Assembly: GCA_002796245.1 (NCBI GenBank)
Contig: PCWT01000048.1
Coordinates: forward strand, 5,790 to 69,789
DNA length: 64,000 nt
Direction: 5' to 3'
DNA from: Gammaproteobacteria bacterium CG11_big_fil_rev_8_21_14_0_20_46_22
Lineage (GTDB): Bacteria > Pseudomonadota > Gammaproteobacteria > UBA12402
Below, piece by piece: positions 28,683 to 39,106 of the stretch. The notes beneath the pieces are model-generated. The model was not told the origin of the DNA, searched no databases, and saw nothing but the letters and a program-made list of their open reading frames with translations. Both the position numbers and the translations under genes were made by a program. Every line of letters begins with the position of its first letter. The first letter of the stretch is position 1.

Positions 28683-29690
28683 TTATCGCATGCCCATCAT
28701 GGCCAAACTGGTATCCAACATACGGTTAGCAAATCCCCACTCATTGTCATACCAGGCACACACTTTCACAAGGTTGCCCTTAACGCGGGTTAAGTCGCCG
28801 TCCACAATAGACGAAGCCGGGTTGTGCTTAAAATCGATCGAAACCAAAGGTTCTTCATTAAATTGCAACACGCCTGCCATCGCCCCTTGCGAAGCGGCCT
28901 TTAGCGCCTCATTAATCTCTTCAACACAGGTTTCTCGAGAAGCTTCAAAGGTTAAATCAACAACAGAAACATTCGCGGTTGGCACGCGCATCGCAAAGCC
29001 ATCGAGCTTACCAGCAAGCTCTGGCAACACTAAGCCAACGGCTTTAGCTGCCCCAGTTTTTGTTGGGATAATTGACTGCGTGGCACTTCTGGCGCGACGC
29101 ATATCTTTATGTTTGGCATCAACCAAACGCTGGTCTGCTGTGTACGCATGCACCGTATTCATCAAGCCCTTCTCAATACCGACAGTGTCTTGCATGACTT
29201 TAGCCACCGGTGCCAAACAATTCGTGGTGCAAGATGCATTCGAAACAATAATATCGCCAGGCTTTAGCGTGTGATGATTAACGCCATACACAATCGTAGC
29301 ATCCACATCCTGGCCTGGCGCAGAAATTAACACTTTTTTAGCGCCGGCTTGAATATGCTTCATCGCACCTTCTCGATCGCAAAAGGCGCCTGTGCATTCA
29401 TAAACCACGTCGATACCGAGGTCTTTCCAGGGTAATTTTAAAGGATCACGCTCTGCCGTGATAACCACCTCATGACCGTTGACATACAATTCGCCGTCGA
29501 TCGTTTCAACTTTGCCAGGAAAAATGCCGTGTACTGAATCGTATTTTGTGCTTAAAGCAATGGATTCTAGGCCACTGACATCATTGATAATCACCGAATC
29601 GATATCGCCCATACGGCCACTTTCAAAAATAGCCCGCAAAGCCATGGTTCCAATTCGACCATAACCATTAATCGCAATACGAATAGACAT
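28683..29690 (-). CDS. gap: Glyceraldehyde-3-phosphate dehydrogenase
   Basis: [21 protein letters not shown]. Confidence 0.95.
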   Translation of the reverse strand: MSIRIAINGYGRIGTMALRAIFESGRMGDIDSVIINDVSGLESIALSTKYDSVHGIFPGKVETIDGELYVNGHEVVITAERDPLKLPWKDLGIDVVYECTGAFCDREGAMKHIQAGAKKVLISAPGQDVDATIVYGVNHHTLKPGDIIVSNASCTTNCLAPVAKVMQDTVGIEKGLMNTVHAYTADQRLVDAKHKDMRRARSATQSIIPTKTGAAKAVGLVLPELAGKLDGFAMRVPTANVSVVDLTFEASRETCVEEINEALKAASQGAMAGVLQFNEEPLVSIDFKHNPASSIVDGDLTRVKGNLVKVCAWYDNEWGFANRMLDTSLAMMGMR

Positions 29691-29704
29691 TATTTTCTCT
29701 TTCC

Positions 29705-31696
29705 TTATAAAGTATTAATTTTTTCGACAATATTCTCGACAGTAAAACCAAATGTTTCAAATAATTGCTCGGCTGGCGCAGAAAAACCAAAGCTTTCCAT
29801 ACCTATCACGCAGCCATTCAAACCCACGAAACGGTACCAAGTCTCTGGGCTTGCCGCCTCAACCGCAACACGCTTAGTGATAGACGCAGGCAGTACCGCT
29901 TCTTGATAAGCAGGGTCTTGCGCTAGAAAAACTTCAACACAAGGCATCGAGACCACGCGCGCTGAAAGACCTTGGGCTTCGAGCGTTTTTGCAGCCTCAA
30001 TAATCAGAGCCGCTTCCGAGCCTGTGGCCATCAACAAAACATCGGGGGTTTTACCCGCGCCCCAAACCACATAGCCACCGCGTTTAATGCTCTGTGCAAC
30101 CGCGCGATCTCGTGGCAACTGAGGCAGGGCTTGGCGAGATAAAATTAAAGCGCTAGGCCCTTGCTGATACGCCAAAGCAGATTGCCAGGCCACCACCGTT
30201 TCCAGCATGTCGCAGGGACGCCAAACTTGCATCCCAGGTGTCGCGCGCAAGGTGCCTAATTCCATCACCGGCTGGTGGGTTGGGCCATCTTCACCCAAAC
30301 CAATGGAGTCGTGCGTGAAGACGTAGATCACACGTTGTTTCATCAACGCTGACATGCGCGTGGCGTTCGCACAGTAGCTTTGAAATACCAAAAAAGTACC
30401 GCCATACGGCACAAACCATTTCGTCAGCGCCAAGCCATTCATGATCGCAGCCATAGCAAACTCACGCACACCATAGTGTATATAATTACCGTGAAGGTTT
30501 TCTAAGCTAAAGGGTTGGCAGCCTTTCCAGTTCGTATTGTTGGACCCGCTTAAATCTGCTGAGCCGCCTAGTAGCTCTGGCATTATCGGGCCCAACACAT
30601 CAAGCACATCGCCCGACGCTTTACGCGTAGCCACTGTGATATCACTTGAAGCAATATCATCAAATAATTTTGCCAAGGCATCATCAACGGTTTGGGACAA
30701 CTCACCACTCAAACGACGGGTGAGCTCCTGATGTTGTTCTGGGTATTGCTGTGCATATTTTTCACGAAGGCCTTGCCATTGCGATTCACAAGCCTGGCCT
30801 GCTGCTTTAGCATTCCAAGCCTCATAAATCGTTTCTGGAATCACAAACGGCTCGTACTGCCAACCTAATGCCTGGCGCGTTAACATTGTTTCTTCTTCGC
30901 TTAACGGAGAGCCGTGTGCTTTTGCGGTACCTGCTGCATTAGGTGCGCCATAGCCGATCGTGGTTTTACAGCATAAAAGACTGGGTTTTTGGGTTTCAGC
31001 TCGGGCCGCTTCGATAGCTGCACGAACAGACTCTGCATCATGGCCGTCAACGGCTTCAACCACGTGCCACCCATAACTTCGAAAACGCTCAGCCGTGTTA
31101 TCACTAAACCATGGGGCCACCTTACCATCAATGGAAATACCGTTATCATCCCAAAAAACAATCAGCTTACCCAGGCCCCAGGTGCCGGCCAAAGAACAGG
31201 CTTCGTGTGAGATGCCCTCCATTAAACAACCATCACCCGCAAACACATAGGTGTGAAAATCGACCAACGCTAAACCGTCACGGTTCATGCGAGCGGCCAT
31301 GATTTTTTCCGCCAAGGCCATACCCACTGCGTTGGCAAGCCCCTGGCCCAGGGGGCCTGTTGTCGTTTCAACACCGGGGGTATCCGCATATTCAGGGTGA
31401 CCCGGCGTTTTAGAGTGCAATTGGCGAAAAGCCTTTAGATCGTCAATGGAAAGATCATAGCCTGTTAAGTGCAACAAGGCGTAGTGCAACATAGAACCGT
31501 GGCCGTTGGAAAGAATAAAGCGATCACGATTCGGCCAATCGGGGTTGGCAGGGTTATGCTTTAAATAGTCTCGCCACAATACCTCAGCAATATCAGCCAT
31601 GCCCATCGGCATACCTGGGTGACCGGAGTTGGCCCGCCTAACCGCATCATTAGCCAAACAACGAATCGCATTGGCAAGCTCACGACGAGAAATCAT
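29705..31696 (-). CDS. tkt: Transketolase
   Basis: 663 aa with a TPP-binding region and characteristic transketolase motifs. Confidence 0.95.
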   Translation of the reverse strand: MISRRELANAIRCLANDAVRRANSGHPGMPMGMADIAEVLWRDYLKHNPANPDWPNRDRFILSNGHGSMLHYALLHLTGYDLSIDDLKAFRQLHSKTPGHPEYADTPGVETTTGPLGQGLANAVGMALAEKIMAARMNRDGLALVDFHTYVFAGDGCLMEGISHEACSLAGTWGLGKLIVFWDDNGISIDGKVAPWFSDNTAERFRSYGWHVVEAVDGHDAESVRAAIEAARAETQKPSLLCCKTTIGYGAPNAAGTAKAHGSPLSEEETMLTRQALGWQYEPFVIPETIYEAWNAKAAGQACESQWQGLREKYAQQYPEQHQELTRRLSGELSQTVDDALAKLFDDIASSDITVATRKASGDVLDVLGPIMPELLGGSADLSGSNNTNWKGCQPFSLENLHGNYIHYGVREFAMAAIMNGLALTKWFVPYGGTFLVFQSYCANATRMSALMKQRVIYVFTHDSIGLGEDGPTHQPVMELGTLRATPGMQVWRPCDMLETVVAWQSALAYQQGPSALILSRQALPQLPRDRAVAQSIKRGGYVVWGAGKTPDVLLMATGSEAALIIEAAKTLEAQGLSARVVSMPCVEVFLAQDPAYQEAVLPASITKRVAVEAASPETWYRFVGLNGCVIGMESFGFSAPAEQLFETFGFTVENIVEKINTL

Positions 31697-31873
31697 GGGT
31701 AAAATCCACAGTGTTTTTGATGCAGCGACTATAACAAACTCTAGGCTTTATGAACAAGGCTTTGTTTGGACCCCAACCTTTGTGAGTGAACCCACTGAAC
31801 CCACTGAATCCAGTATTGCGCTAACAGAGCCGTTTAGCTAGAATTGTGCCCCCATTGCACTGAGAATCGCGTC

Positions 31874-33025
31874 ATGCCAAACAAGTTTTTATTCACATCA
31901 GAATCGGTTTCAGAAGGACATCCAGACAAAATCGCGGATCAAATTTCTGACGCCGTATTAGACGCTATCCTGTCGCAAGACCCTGCCGCACGTGTGGCTT
32001 GCGAAACGGTCGTAAAAACCGGCATGGCCTTAATCGGCGGCGAGATCACAACAAACGCCTGGGTAGACTTGGAAGCTCTCGCACGAAAAGTCATCCGAGA
32101 TATTGGCTACACCAGTTCTGATGTCGGTTTTGATGCCGACTCCTGTGCTGTATTGAACGCCATTGGCAAACAATCTCACGATATTGCCATGGGCGTGGAT
32201 CGTGATGATGATACACTGGGCGCGGGCGACCAAGGCCTAATGTTTGGTTATGCCAGCAACGAAACCGATGTGTTCATGCCAGCTCCGATCACCTATGCTC
32301 ACCGCTTGATGGCTCGTCAAGCACAATGCCGAAAAGAAGGCTTGCTGCCCTGGCTTCGCCCCGATGCAAAAGCTCAGCTGACATTTAAATACGAAAACCA
32401 CAAGCCGGTATCGATTGATACCGTGGTGCTATCGACTCAGCATGACGAAACCATTTCACAGAAAGATTTAATCGAGGCTGTACAAGAGCTCATCATTAAG
32501 CCGGTGTTGCCCAATGAGTGGCTCAATGAAAAAACGAAATATTTCATCAACCCGACGGGTCGATTTGTCATCGGTGGTCCTTTAGGTGATTGTGGCTTAA
32601 CGGGACGCAAAATCATTGTCGACACGTATGGCGGTATGGCGCGCCACGGTGGCGGTGCCTTTTCAGGCAAAGACGCCTCGAAAGTTGACCGCTCAGCGGC
32701 TTACATGGCGCGATACATTGCTAAACAGATTGTCGCTGCAAAGCTCGCAGAGCGCTGCGAAATCCAGCTGGCTTACGCGATTGGCATAGCAGAGCCGGTA
32801 TCGATTCATGTGGAAACCTTTGGCACGTCGAAGGTGGATTACGACAAATTGATTCGCGCCATCAGAGACACCTTCAAGCTCACACCCAGGGGCATTATTG
32901 AAACACTCGACTTGTTAAAGCCACGCTTTCAGACCACGGCAAGTTATGGCCACTTTGGCCGCACAGAAGCCTCGTTCACCTGGGAGTACTGCGATAAAGT
33001 CGATGCACTAAAAGCAGCGCTATGA
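31874..33025 (+). CDS. metK: S-adenosylmethionine synthetase
   Basis: [21 protein letters not shown] and GGGAFSGKD. The start was set at the MPNKFLF ATG; the track ORF starts 30 nt upstream. Confidence 0.95.
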   Translation: MPNKFLFTSESVSEGHPDKIADQISDAVLDAILSQDPAARVACETVVKTGMALIGGEITTNAWVDLEALARKVIRDIGYTSSDVGFDADSCAVLNAIGKQSHDIAMGVDRDDDTLGAGDQGLMFGYASNETDVFMPAPITYAHRLMARQAQCRKEGLLPWLRPDAKAQLTFKYENHKPVSIDTVVLSTQHDETISQKDLIEAVQELIIKPVLPNEWLNEKTKYFINPTGRFVIGGPLGDCGLTGRKIIVDTYGGMARHGGGAFSGKDASKVDRSAAYMARYIAKQIVAAKLAERCEIQLAYAIGIAEPVSIHVETFGTSKVDYDKLIRAIRDTFKLTPRGIIETLDLLKPRFQTTASYGHFGRTEASFTWEYCDKVDALKAAL

Positions 33026-33747
33026 GACAAACCAGATTATACGCACACGATCTGACACCAGAAAATCAACGTCTTGTATTACAAGATAAATCACACCACT
33101 ACTTAAGCCGAGTATTAAGACTCACAGCCAACACTGAAGTTTGCTTATTTAACGGTAAAGGCTTTGAAGTACTTGCCAAAATTAGTGACATCAAAAAAAA
33201 CGAAACACTCTGTGAGATTCTGGAATGCATTGATCGCAGCAATGAATCCCCTCTAAACATTCACTTGTTCCAAGCATTGGTTCGCAATGAAAAAATGGAC
33301 TGGATTATCCAAAAGGCCACAGAGCTTGGCGTTAAAAGCATCACACCCATTGTGAGTGAATTTTGCCAAGTTAAGTTGCCAAAAGACCGACAAGAAAAAC
33401 GAATCGCGCACTGGCAAGAGGTAATCATCAGCGCCTGCGAACAAAGCGAGCGCAGCCAGCTACCCACACTGAATGGGCCCGTGAGTTTTTCTGAGCTGCC
33501 CTTTAAAAACATTAAAACGGCGGTGATGCTCCATCCCCGCCAAAACAACCGCTTTGAACTAGAAAAAGAAACCCAGAATGATATTGCGATTTTCATCGGG
33601 CCAGAGGGCGGCTTTAGCGAAACCGAAATACACATGGCGGAAACGTTCGGTGTTCAATTTTGGTGCTTGGGTCCTCGTATTCTTCGCACAGAAACAGCAG
33701 GCCTTGCGGCTATCAGCGTCCTTCAATCACAGCTTGGTGATTTTTAA
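33022..33747 (+). CDS. rsmE: 16S rRNA (uracil1498-N3)-methyltransferase RsmE
   Basis: 241-aa RsmE-family architecture (PUA-like N-terminus plus SPOUT domain). It overlaps the metK stop. Confidence 0.75.
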   Translation: MRQTRLYAHDLTPENQRLVLQDKSHHYLSRVLRLTANTEVCLFNGKGFEVLAKISDIKKNETLCEILECIDRSNESPLNIHLFQALVRNEKMDWIIQKATELGVKSITPIVSEFCQVKLPKDRQEKRIAHWQEVIISACEQSERSQLPTLNGPVSFSELPFKNIKTAVMLHPRQNNRFELEKETQNDIAIFIGPEGGFSETEIHMAETFGVQFWCLGPRILRTETAGLAAISVLQSQLGDF

Positions 33748-35231
33748 TGGATGATACTTTGCAGGGCTTGCTAAGTAAAAACGATCTTGAGGGTGCGCTG
33801 AACCATCTAAACAAAGCCCTCAAATCACATCCTCATAACGCACAAATACTCAACCAAAAAAGCCTTATAGAAACGCGACTAGGTCTTGATGAAGCGGCCC
33901 AAAAAAGTCTAGAACAAGCGATCAAAGCCGACCCCAATTATGCCGCAAGCTATAACCACTTAGGGCTTTGCTTTTTTCGACAGGGTCAATTTACACAAGC
34001 AGAAAATCAGTTTGAGCAGGCCCTTAAAAAACAAAGCGACTACACCGATGCTTTGTATAATTTATCCCTATGTTACCGCAAACAACAAAAATTGGATGCT
34101 TGCGCAGGCGCACTGACCGCCATATTAGAGGTTAATCCTGAGCACTTACCCGCTCACTTTTTATTTGCAAAACTGCTGCTAGAAAAGAAAGCGTGGGCGC
34201 TTGCCACCCAACGGCTTGCGATGATTTCTGATATCACACGCCATGACGAGAGCGTGCTAAGCGACATCATTGCGCTCTTATTATCCTACGATCGATTTTT
34301 GGAAGCTGAACGTTTTTGTGAAATTGCTCTTGAACGCATGCCTGAAAATACACACCTTCATTATAACTTAGGTGTAATTGCCTCAAAAAAGGGGCAGCCA
34401 TCCAAAGCTATCCAGCATTATCTAGCCGCCATACACCATAAACCTGATTACTTTGAGGCCTTAAATAATTTAGGCGTGCTTTACATTGAAACACAACAAG
34501 TTGAAACGGCTAAATTCTATTTGGATAAAGCCCTGAGCCTTCGCCCTGATAATAAGGCGCTACAACACACACTGGCCGCCTTAGGTGGTGACAACACCGC
34601 AAGCGAGGCTTCGGCTGAATACATCAGCCAACTGTTTGACCATTACGCAGAGCACTTTGAAGAACACCTTGTGCACTCACTGGATTACTCGGCACCCAAA
34701 GTATTATCCGAGCTACTTTACAGCCACATAGAATCCAGACCCTCTGACTGGCTCATCGCCGACTTAGGCTGTGGCACCGGTTTAATGGGTGAAACCCTAA
34801 ACGGCTGTGCGCGTTATCTGCATGGTGTCGACCTGTCTGAAAAAATGCTCCAGCAAGCCGAAAAAAAAGGCTGTTACGATGAACTCTCTCATTCACACTA
34901 CGTCGACTTTTTGCATAAATACCCCGAGCACTTTGATTTAATTGTGGCTGCTGATGTCTTTGTGTACCAAGGCGACCTCACCCCCGCTTTTCGCGCCAGC
35001 ATTAAAACCCTAAAACCCGGAGGATATTTTCTTTTTTCACTTGAAGAGTGCCAAGGTGAGTCTTTTTATTTGAGTAAAAGCGGCCGCTTTCATCATTCAA
35101 AGACCTACATTGAGCAGCTTACTAACCAGTTTGGTTTCGAGCTTGTCGCCAACAAACTGGCTCAAACACGAAAACAACATGAGCAGACAGTGGTTGGCCA
35201 CTTGTTTCTTTTACAAAAACCCATCGCTTGA
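33747..35231 (+). CDS. TPR-repeat protein fused to a C-terminal class I SAM-dependent methyltransferase domain
   Basis: Multiple TPR units in the N-terminal ~280 aa, then the methyltransferase motif LIADLGCGTGL. Its start overlaps the rsmE stop. Confidence 0.6.
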   Translation: MDDTLQGLLSKNDLEGALNHLNKALKSHPHNAQILNQKSLIETRLGLDEAAQKSLEQAIKADPNYAASYNHLGLCFFRQGQFTQAENQFEQALKKQSDYTDALYNLSLCYRKQQKLDACAGALTAILEVNPEHLPAHFLFAKLLLEKKAWALATQRLAMISDITRHDESVLSDIIALLLSYDRFLEAERFCEIALERMPENTHLHYNLGVIASKKGQPSKAIQHYLAAIHHKPDYFEALNNLGVLYIETQQVETAKFYLDKALSLRPDNKALQHTLAALGGDNTASEASAEYISQLFDHYAEHFEEHLVHSLDYSAPKVLSELLYSHIESRPSDWLIADLGCGTGLMGETLNGCARYLHGVDLSEKMLQQAEKKGCYDELSHSHYVDFLHKYPEHFDLIVAADVFVYQGDLTPAFRASIKTLKPGGYFLFSLEECQGESFYLSKSGRFHHSKTYIEQLTNQFGFELVANKLAQTRKQHEQTVVGHLFLLQKPIA

Positions 35232-35276
35232 CTTTTGACCCTGCCTCACCAAAAATGAGTCACTGTCGATTTAAAG

Positions 35277-36104
35277 GTGGGAACCATGCACAAAGCAATA
35301 AAGCTAACCGCATTGATCGGATTTTCGGGGCTCTTAGGTGCTTGTGCTCAGGCACACAAAGCAAGCAATATGCCGGTCAAAAAAACAGTGCCTTTAAACC
35401 AAGTGAATGAGATTGTTGTCACTGACGTCACTCAAGTTACCGTTCAAAAAACGAAAAGCCACCCCCAAATTAGCTTTATCACCAGGCCTGAACAAGCACC
35501 AGATATGCGCTTGTCCTCTGACCACCACCGTCTAACTATCGAGGGCAACTCTGCCTCTACGCACATCACTATTCAAGCCTCTGGCTTAACCCTTTTATCT
35601 GTCAATGATGTGAATCATTTGAGCGTTGGCCAAGGTCTTCGCATTAAATCCATGGCGCTCAACGATGTCGCACAGACGCGCATTCGTGGCACAGTGTATT
35701 TAGATAGACTGAGCCTATATAATCAAAGCCACCTTAACGCTTACGCAATCTGGCTGAAACAGCTTTCTTTATACGATCAAAGTACGGCGAACATCAACAC
35801 CTTAAGCGCTAAAGAGTTCAACCTTGACATGCACGGTCAAACTCAAGCTGTTATCTCGGGTCATGCTAATGTTATGCAAGCTACGCTTTTAAACAACAGT
35901 AAACTAGCCGCCAAACGCTTTTACACGCAACGTGCTTTTGTCAAAGCGTTTGGGCATAGTTTCGCTCGCGTATCTGTGAGGAAAACGCTGTTTAGCTTTA
36001 ATGAACCAACCAGCGTGATTGAATATTACGGCACACCAAAAGTGTATCGCCGAGCCCTTAACGGCAGCGCGACACTTCCCATGTCAAAAGAGGCGAGCTT
36101 TTAA
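35277..36104 (+). CDS. Putative lipoprotein with repetitive beta-strand (DUF2807/GIN-like) body
   Basis: Lipobox LLGAC after an N-terminal signal sequence. The family assignment is uncertain. Confidence 0.4.
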   Translation: MGTMHKAIKLTALIGFSGLLGACAQAHKASNMPVKKTVPLNQVNEIVVTDVTQVTVQKTKSHPQISFITRPEQAPDMRLSSDHHRLTIEGNSASTHITIQASGLTLLSVNDVNHLSVGQGLRIKSMALNDVAQTRIRGTVYLDRLSLYNQSHLNAYAIWLKQLSLYDQSTANINTLSAKEFNLDMHGQTQAVISGHANVMQATLLNNSKLAAKRFYTQRAFVKAFGHSFARVSVRKTLFSFNEPTSVIEYYGTPKVYRRALNGSATLPMSKEASF

Positions 36105-36640
36105 AACTTGCCTCGCTGCTGGCAACAATTAGGCTTAATGAAAACTTCCACTCGACGATTATTCGCCATGCCGGTGAAATAGCGGTTACTGGAGACGGGG
36201 CGTTTCGTACCCATCCCTTTATAGCTCAAGGTTTGCGTTTGATTGGGCACACCGTATGCCCACAAATAACCTGCGACTTCTCGCGCCTGCGCCTGAGTGA
36301 GTGCCTTGGCATTTTTGGGCGGTAAAACGGTATCGGTGTACGCATGCACACTGATGTTGGCCTTAGGGTAAGACTGTATATATTTCCACAAAAAGTACTG
36401 TGTATAACGACCAATCGATGTCACCTCATCGCTGCCTGTCTCAAAAAGCTCATCGCTCGGTATGACAATCAAGGTGCCCTTGGCAGTTTTGACCATGTTC
36501 ACCTGCTGCTTAGCTAGCTTCATTTGCAGCTTCGCCCGATGAATAACACAATCATTAGTGCGACCCTGTTCACAGGGATTTGAACTACAAGCAGACAGAA
36601 CACTAGCCGCAGCCATCAATAACAGAAAACGCTTAAACAC
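36101..36640 (-). CDS. OmpA-family (peptidoglycan-associated) lipoprotein
   Basis: Lipobox LSAC. The C-terminal OmpA-like region ends ...NRRVEVFIKPN. Confidence 0.6.
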   Translation of the reverse strand: MFKRFLLLMAAASVLSACSSNPCEQGRTNDCVIHRAKLQMKLAKQQVNMVKTAKGTLIVIPSDELFETGSDEVTSIGRYTQYFLWKYIQSYPKANISVHAYTDTVLPPKNAKALTQAQAREVAGYLWAYGVPNQTQTLSYKGMGTKRPVSSNRYFTGMANNRRVEVFIKPNCCQQRGKF

Positions 36641-36684
36641 GGAATCACTCCTTATGTGTTCCTTAGAGTAGACTTTTTTGAGTT

Positions 36685-36723
36685 AAAAAAAAAGCGCTGC
36701 TTCTTATTTTTATTCAGCGCTTT
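36685..36723 (-). terminator. Strong rho-independent terminator (minus-strand orientation)
   Basis: On the minus strand: a 9-bp stem AAAGCGCUG/CAGCGCUUU with a 15-nt loop, followed by about six U. No annotated minus-strand gene ends just upstream of it. Confidence 0.55.
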
Positions 36724-36725
36724 AG

Positions 36726-36937
36726 AGTTTAGGCTCTGCTGACAGCAAGGGGGGGCCATCAGCAGAAGGGTTCGGATAGCTCGAAGGGTGGCGAGTATCC
36801 GGTATGTCGCATTTATTATTTTTATTATCCTGCGACAGCGTTAAGTTTACACCAGCTCCCCTGTTTTGATAGGTGTAAATTAACTTGTAAATATTGTAAG
36901 TTAATTTTTTGGGCAAAATTTAGTTGTTGGCGATCCT
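36726..36937 (-). ncRNA. Candidate small RNA bounded by two minus-strand terminators (identity unknown)
   Basis: A ~210-nt non-coding stretch lies between the rdgB terminator and the strong terminator at 36685-36723. It contains several internal hairpins. No conserved RNA family is recognised. Confidence 0.15.
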
Positions 36938-36968
36938 TGATAAAAGAGCCCCTGAATAATCAGGGGCT
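36938..36968 (-). terminator. Probable rdgB terminator
   Basis: On the minus strand: AGCCCCUG-auuauu-CAGGGGCU followed by CUUUUAUC. Confidence 0.5.
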
Positions 36969-37094
36969 TGAAAGTTTAGATCGCATTATTATTACGCTTG
37001 AAGGGCTATAATTTTGCTTATAGCTGATTTGTTTTATGATTATTTTCAGCAAGCAGATCCTAATCCAAGCTTGAAATAAATTGTAGCCTTAATT

Positions 37095-37715
37095 TTAGAT
37101 GCAAATTGCTGGGGTAAACTTTATCTCATCGCCATATTGCGTGAGAAAAGCCCTCACCGCCTCACCTCGGTGGCTAAACCCGGCTTTTTCCTGAGGTGAA
37201 AGCTCAGCCGACGTTTTTTTAAGGGCTGGCAGATAAAAAACCGGGTCATAACCAAAGCCATGATGACCCAGCGCTTGTGCTGCAATTTCGCCTCGCCAAA
37301 CACCCTGAGCGAGCAGTGGCATAGGATCATTCTCGTCGCGCACAAAAGCCAACACGCAAACAAAACAGGCGCTTCGTTGCGGCTCGCCCTCTAAAGCCGA
37401 CAATAGCTTTTCCCGATTTTCTTTATCACTTGAGCCAGGACCTGCATAGCGTGCCGAATAAATGCCGGGACCGCCCCCCAAAACATCGACACACAAGCCT
37501 GAATCATCCGCCAAAGCGGGCAAGCCGCTGCACTTGGCAGCGTACCGGGCTTTTAATATCGCATTTTCCACAAAGCTCAAACCCGTCTCTTCAACAGCCT
37601 CTTGTGTATAATCCGATAACAAACGAAGCTTTACGGGTAAAGTAGAGAGAAGCTCTGAAAACTCTTTCAACTTCCCATTATTGAAACTTGCTAAAACCCA
37701 AGCGTTGCACACCAT
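37095..37715 (-). CDS. rdgB: dITP/XTP pyrophosphatase (RdgB/Ham1)
   Basis: ETGLSFVENAILKARYAAK...ADDSGLCVDVLGGGPGIYSARYAG. Confidence 0.9.
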   Translation of the reverse strand: MVCNAWVLASFNNGKLKEFSELLSTLPVKLRLLSDYTQEAVEETGLSFVENAILKARYAAKCSGLPALADDSGLCVDVLGGGPGIYSARYAGPGSSDKENREKLLSALEGEPQRSACFVCVLAFVRDENDPMPLLAQGVWRGEIAAQALGHHGFGYDPVFYLPALKKTSAELSPQEKAGFSHRGEAVRAFLTQYGDEIKFTPAICI

Positions 37716-37727
37716 CGCATACCCCGA

Positions 37728-38249
37728 TTAAAATAGCACCGTAAAAAGTGCGACCTCAATGAGCTTAATTAAAATAATCGCGACCACGGGAGAAAAATCC
37801 AAGCCAGCAATCGAAGGGAGTATTCGTCGAATCGGACGAAGAATCGGGCGAACAATAGCATTTAACGCTTCAATAACGGGGTGAACGCCGCCTTGAGAAA
37901 CCCAGCTTGCAATCGCAGTAATCAACAATATATAAAAATAAAAATCCATAATCTGCGAGACAAAACCAAAGAGCGCGATCAAAAGAAGATGTATCGGACT
38001 TCCTTGTGCCAAAATAAACGACTTAATCAAAACCAACACAAACACATACATCAATGCGGCCCAATCCAAGCCTTTTTTATAAGGCAGCACTTTATGAAAT
38101 AATTTGATAGGAAATTGTGTTAATTTAATAACAAACTGAGAAAGCGGATTATGGTAATCAGCCCGCACCCATTGAAGTGCTATTCGCAATAACACAACAG
38201 CAATATAAAGATTAAACACAACCATAAAAATATTAAGGATTTCGAACAT
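37728..38249 (-). CDS. yggT: YggT-family membrane protein
   Basis: A small 4-TM protein sitting between proC and rdgB, as in the E. coli yggS-yggT-yggU-rdgB cluster. Confidence 0.65.
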   Translation of the reverse strand: MFEILNIFMVVFNLYIAVVLLRIALQWVRADYHNPLSQFVIKLTQFPIKLFHKVLPYKKGLDWAALMYVFVLVLIKSFILAQGSPIHLLLIALFGFVSQIMDFYFYILLITAIASWVSQGGVHPVIEALNAIVRPILRPIRRILPSIAGLDFSPVVAIILIKLIEVALFTVLF

Positions 38250-38270
38250 ATGCTTTACTCCTGCATGTGG

Positions 38271-39095
38271 TTATCGTTTTGAAAGCTCAGCGCTCAGTTC
38301 ACAAGCCCTATCACAAGCCGCTCGCATGGCTTTTTCAACCATGCCGAGCAAGCCATCTTCAGAAAATGATTGAATAGCGCGCTCAGTTGTACCCTTAGGC
38401 GAAGTGACTCGCTGGCGTAGTATCTCGGGCGGGTCGCCTGATTCCAAAGCCAATTTGGCGGCGCCAAATACCGTCTGAACAGTTAAGGCCTGCGCGGCCT
38501 TTTTATCAAGCCCAAGCTTCTCGGCCGCCTCTTGCATCGCTTGCATTAGGAAAAATACATAAGCCGGGCCGCTACCCGATAAGGCGGCAATCACATCGAT
38601 TTTCGACTCATCATCGACCCATATTGTCATACCAACGGCGCGCATCAAGCTTTCTGCGAGTGTTTTTTCACGCGGAGAAACCTGTGAAGAGGCAAACAAA
38701 CCGGTCGCACCTGCACGCAATAATGATGGGGTATTCGGCATGGCGCGAACAACCCCCACCTTACCACCCAGCCATTCGTTCAAGGTCTCTGTGGTCAAAC
38801 CGACCGCCAACGAAATAACCAGGGGCTTTCGCTTTTCAACCATCGGGCGAATCTCTTCGCACAAAGCTCGCATGCCTTGAGGCTTTACACATAAAACCAG
38901 AACATCAACCTCAGAAACCAAGGCTTCATTTGAGGTGGCTGCATTGATAGAAAAACGCAAAGCAAAATTATCGCGCTTTTGCTCGCCGCGATTACTCACC
39001 CAGATCGCGCTTGGAGGATAACCGTCATCAATAAGACCGCCGACAATGCTATTTGCCATGTTACCCGCGCCAATGAAGCCTATTTTTTTCGTCAT
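38271..39095 (-). CDS. proC: Pyrroline-5-carboxylate reductase
   Basis: IGFIGAGNMA NAD(P)-binding motif and overall similarity. Confidence 0.92.
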   Translation of the reverse strand: MTKKIGFIGAGNMANSIVGGLIDDGYPPSAIWVSNRGEQKRDNFALRFSINAATSNEALVSEVDVLVLCVKPQGMRALCEEIRPMVEKRKPLVISLAVGLTTETLNEWLGGKVGVVRAMPNTPSLLRAGATGLFASSQVSPREKTLAESLMRAVGMTIWVDDESKIDVIAALSGSGPAYVFFLMQAMQEAAEKLGLDKKAAQALTVQTVFGAAKLALESGDPPEILRQRVTSPKGTTERAIQSFSEDGLLGMVEKAMRAACDRACELSAELSKR

Positions 39096-39106
39096 AATAC
39101 AAAAAA

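Noticed and set aside
31629-31841. 70-aa ORF overlapping the metK leader, with the triple repeat read as EPTEPTES.
   Set aside because: There is no RBS. It overlaps the tkt start region and the leader, and the repeats are better explained as DNA- or RNA-level elements.
31697-31873. MetJ-box interpretation of the metK leader repeats.
   Set aside because: MetJ boxes are 8-bp AGACGTCT-like units. The units here are 9 bp (GAACCCACT) with no resemblance.
36722-36916. 64-aa ORF from the track (MPKKLTYNIYKL...) in the long rdgB-ompA intergenic region.
   Set aside because: It has a TTG start, no Shine-Dalgarno sequence, a low-complexity product, and overlaps hairpin-rich sequence. A non-coding RNA or 3' UTR is more plausible.
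36641-37094. Checked whether the 450-nt intergenic region is tmRNA, 6S RNA, RNase P RNA or SRP RNA.
   Set aside because: There are no tRNA-like acceptor/T-arm ends, no 3' CCA, no RNase P P4 motifs and no SRP domain IV motif. I cannot assign a family by eye, so only a generic sRNA candidate is reported.
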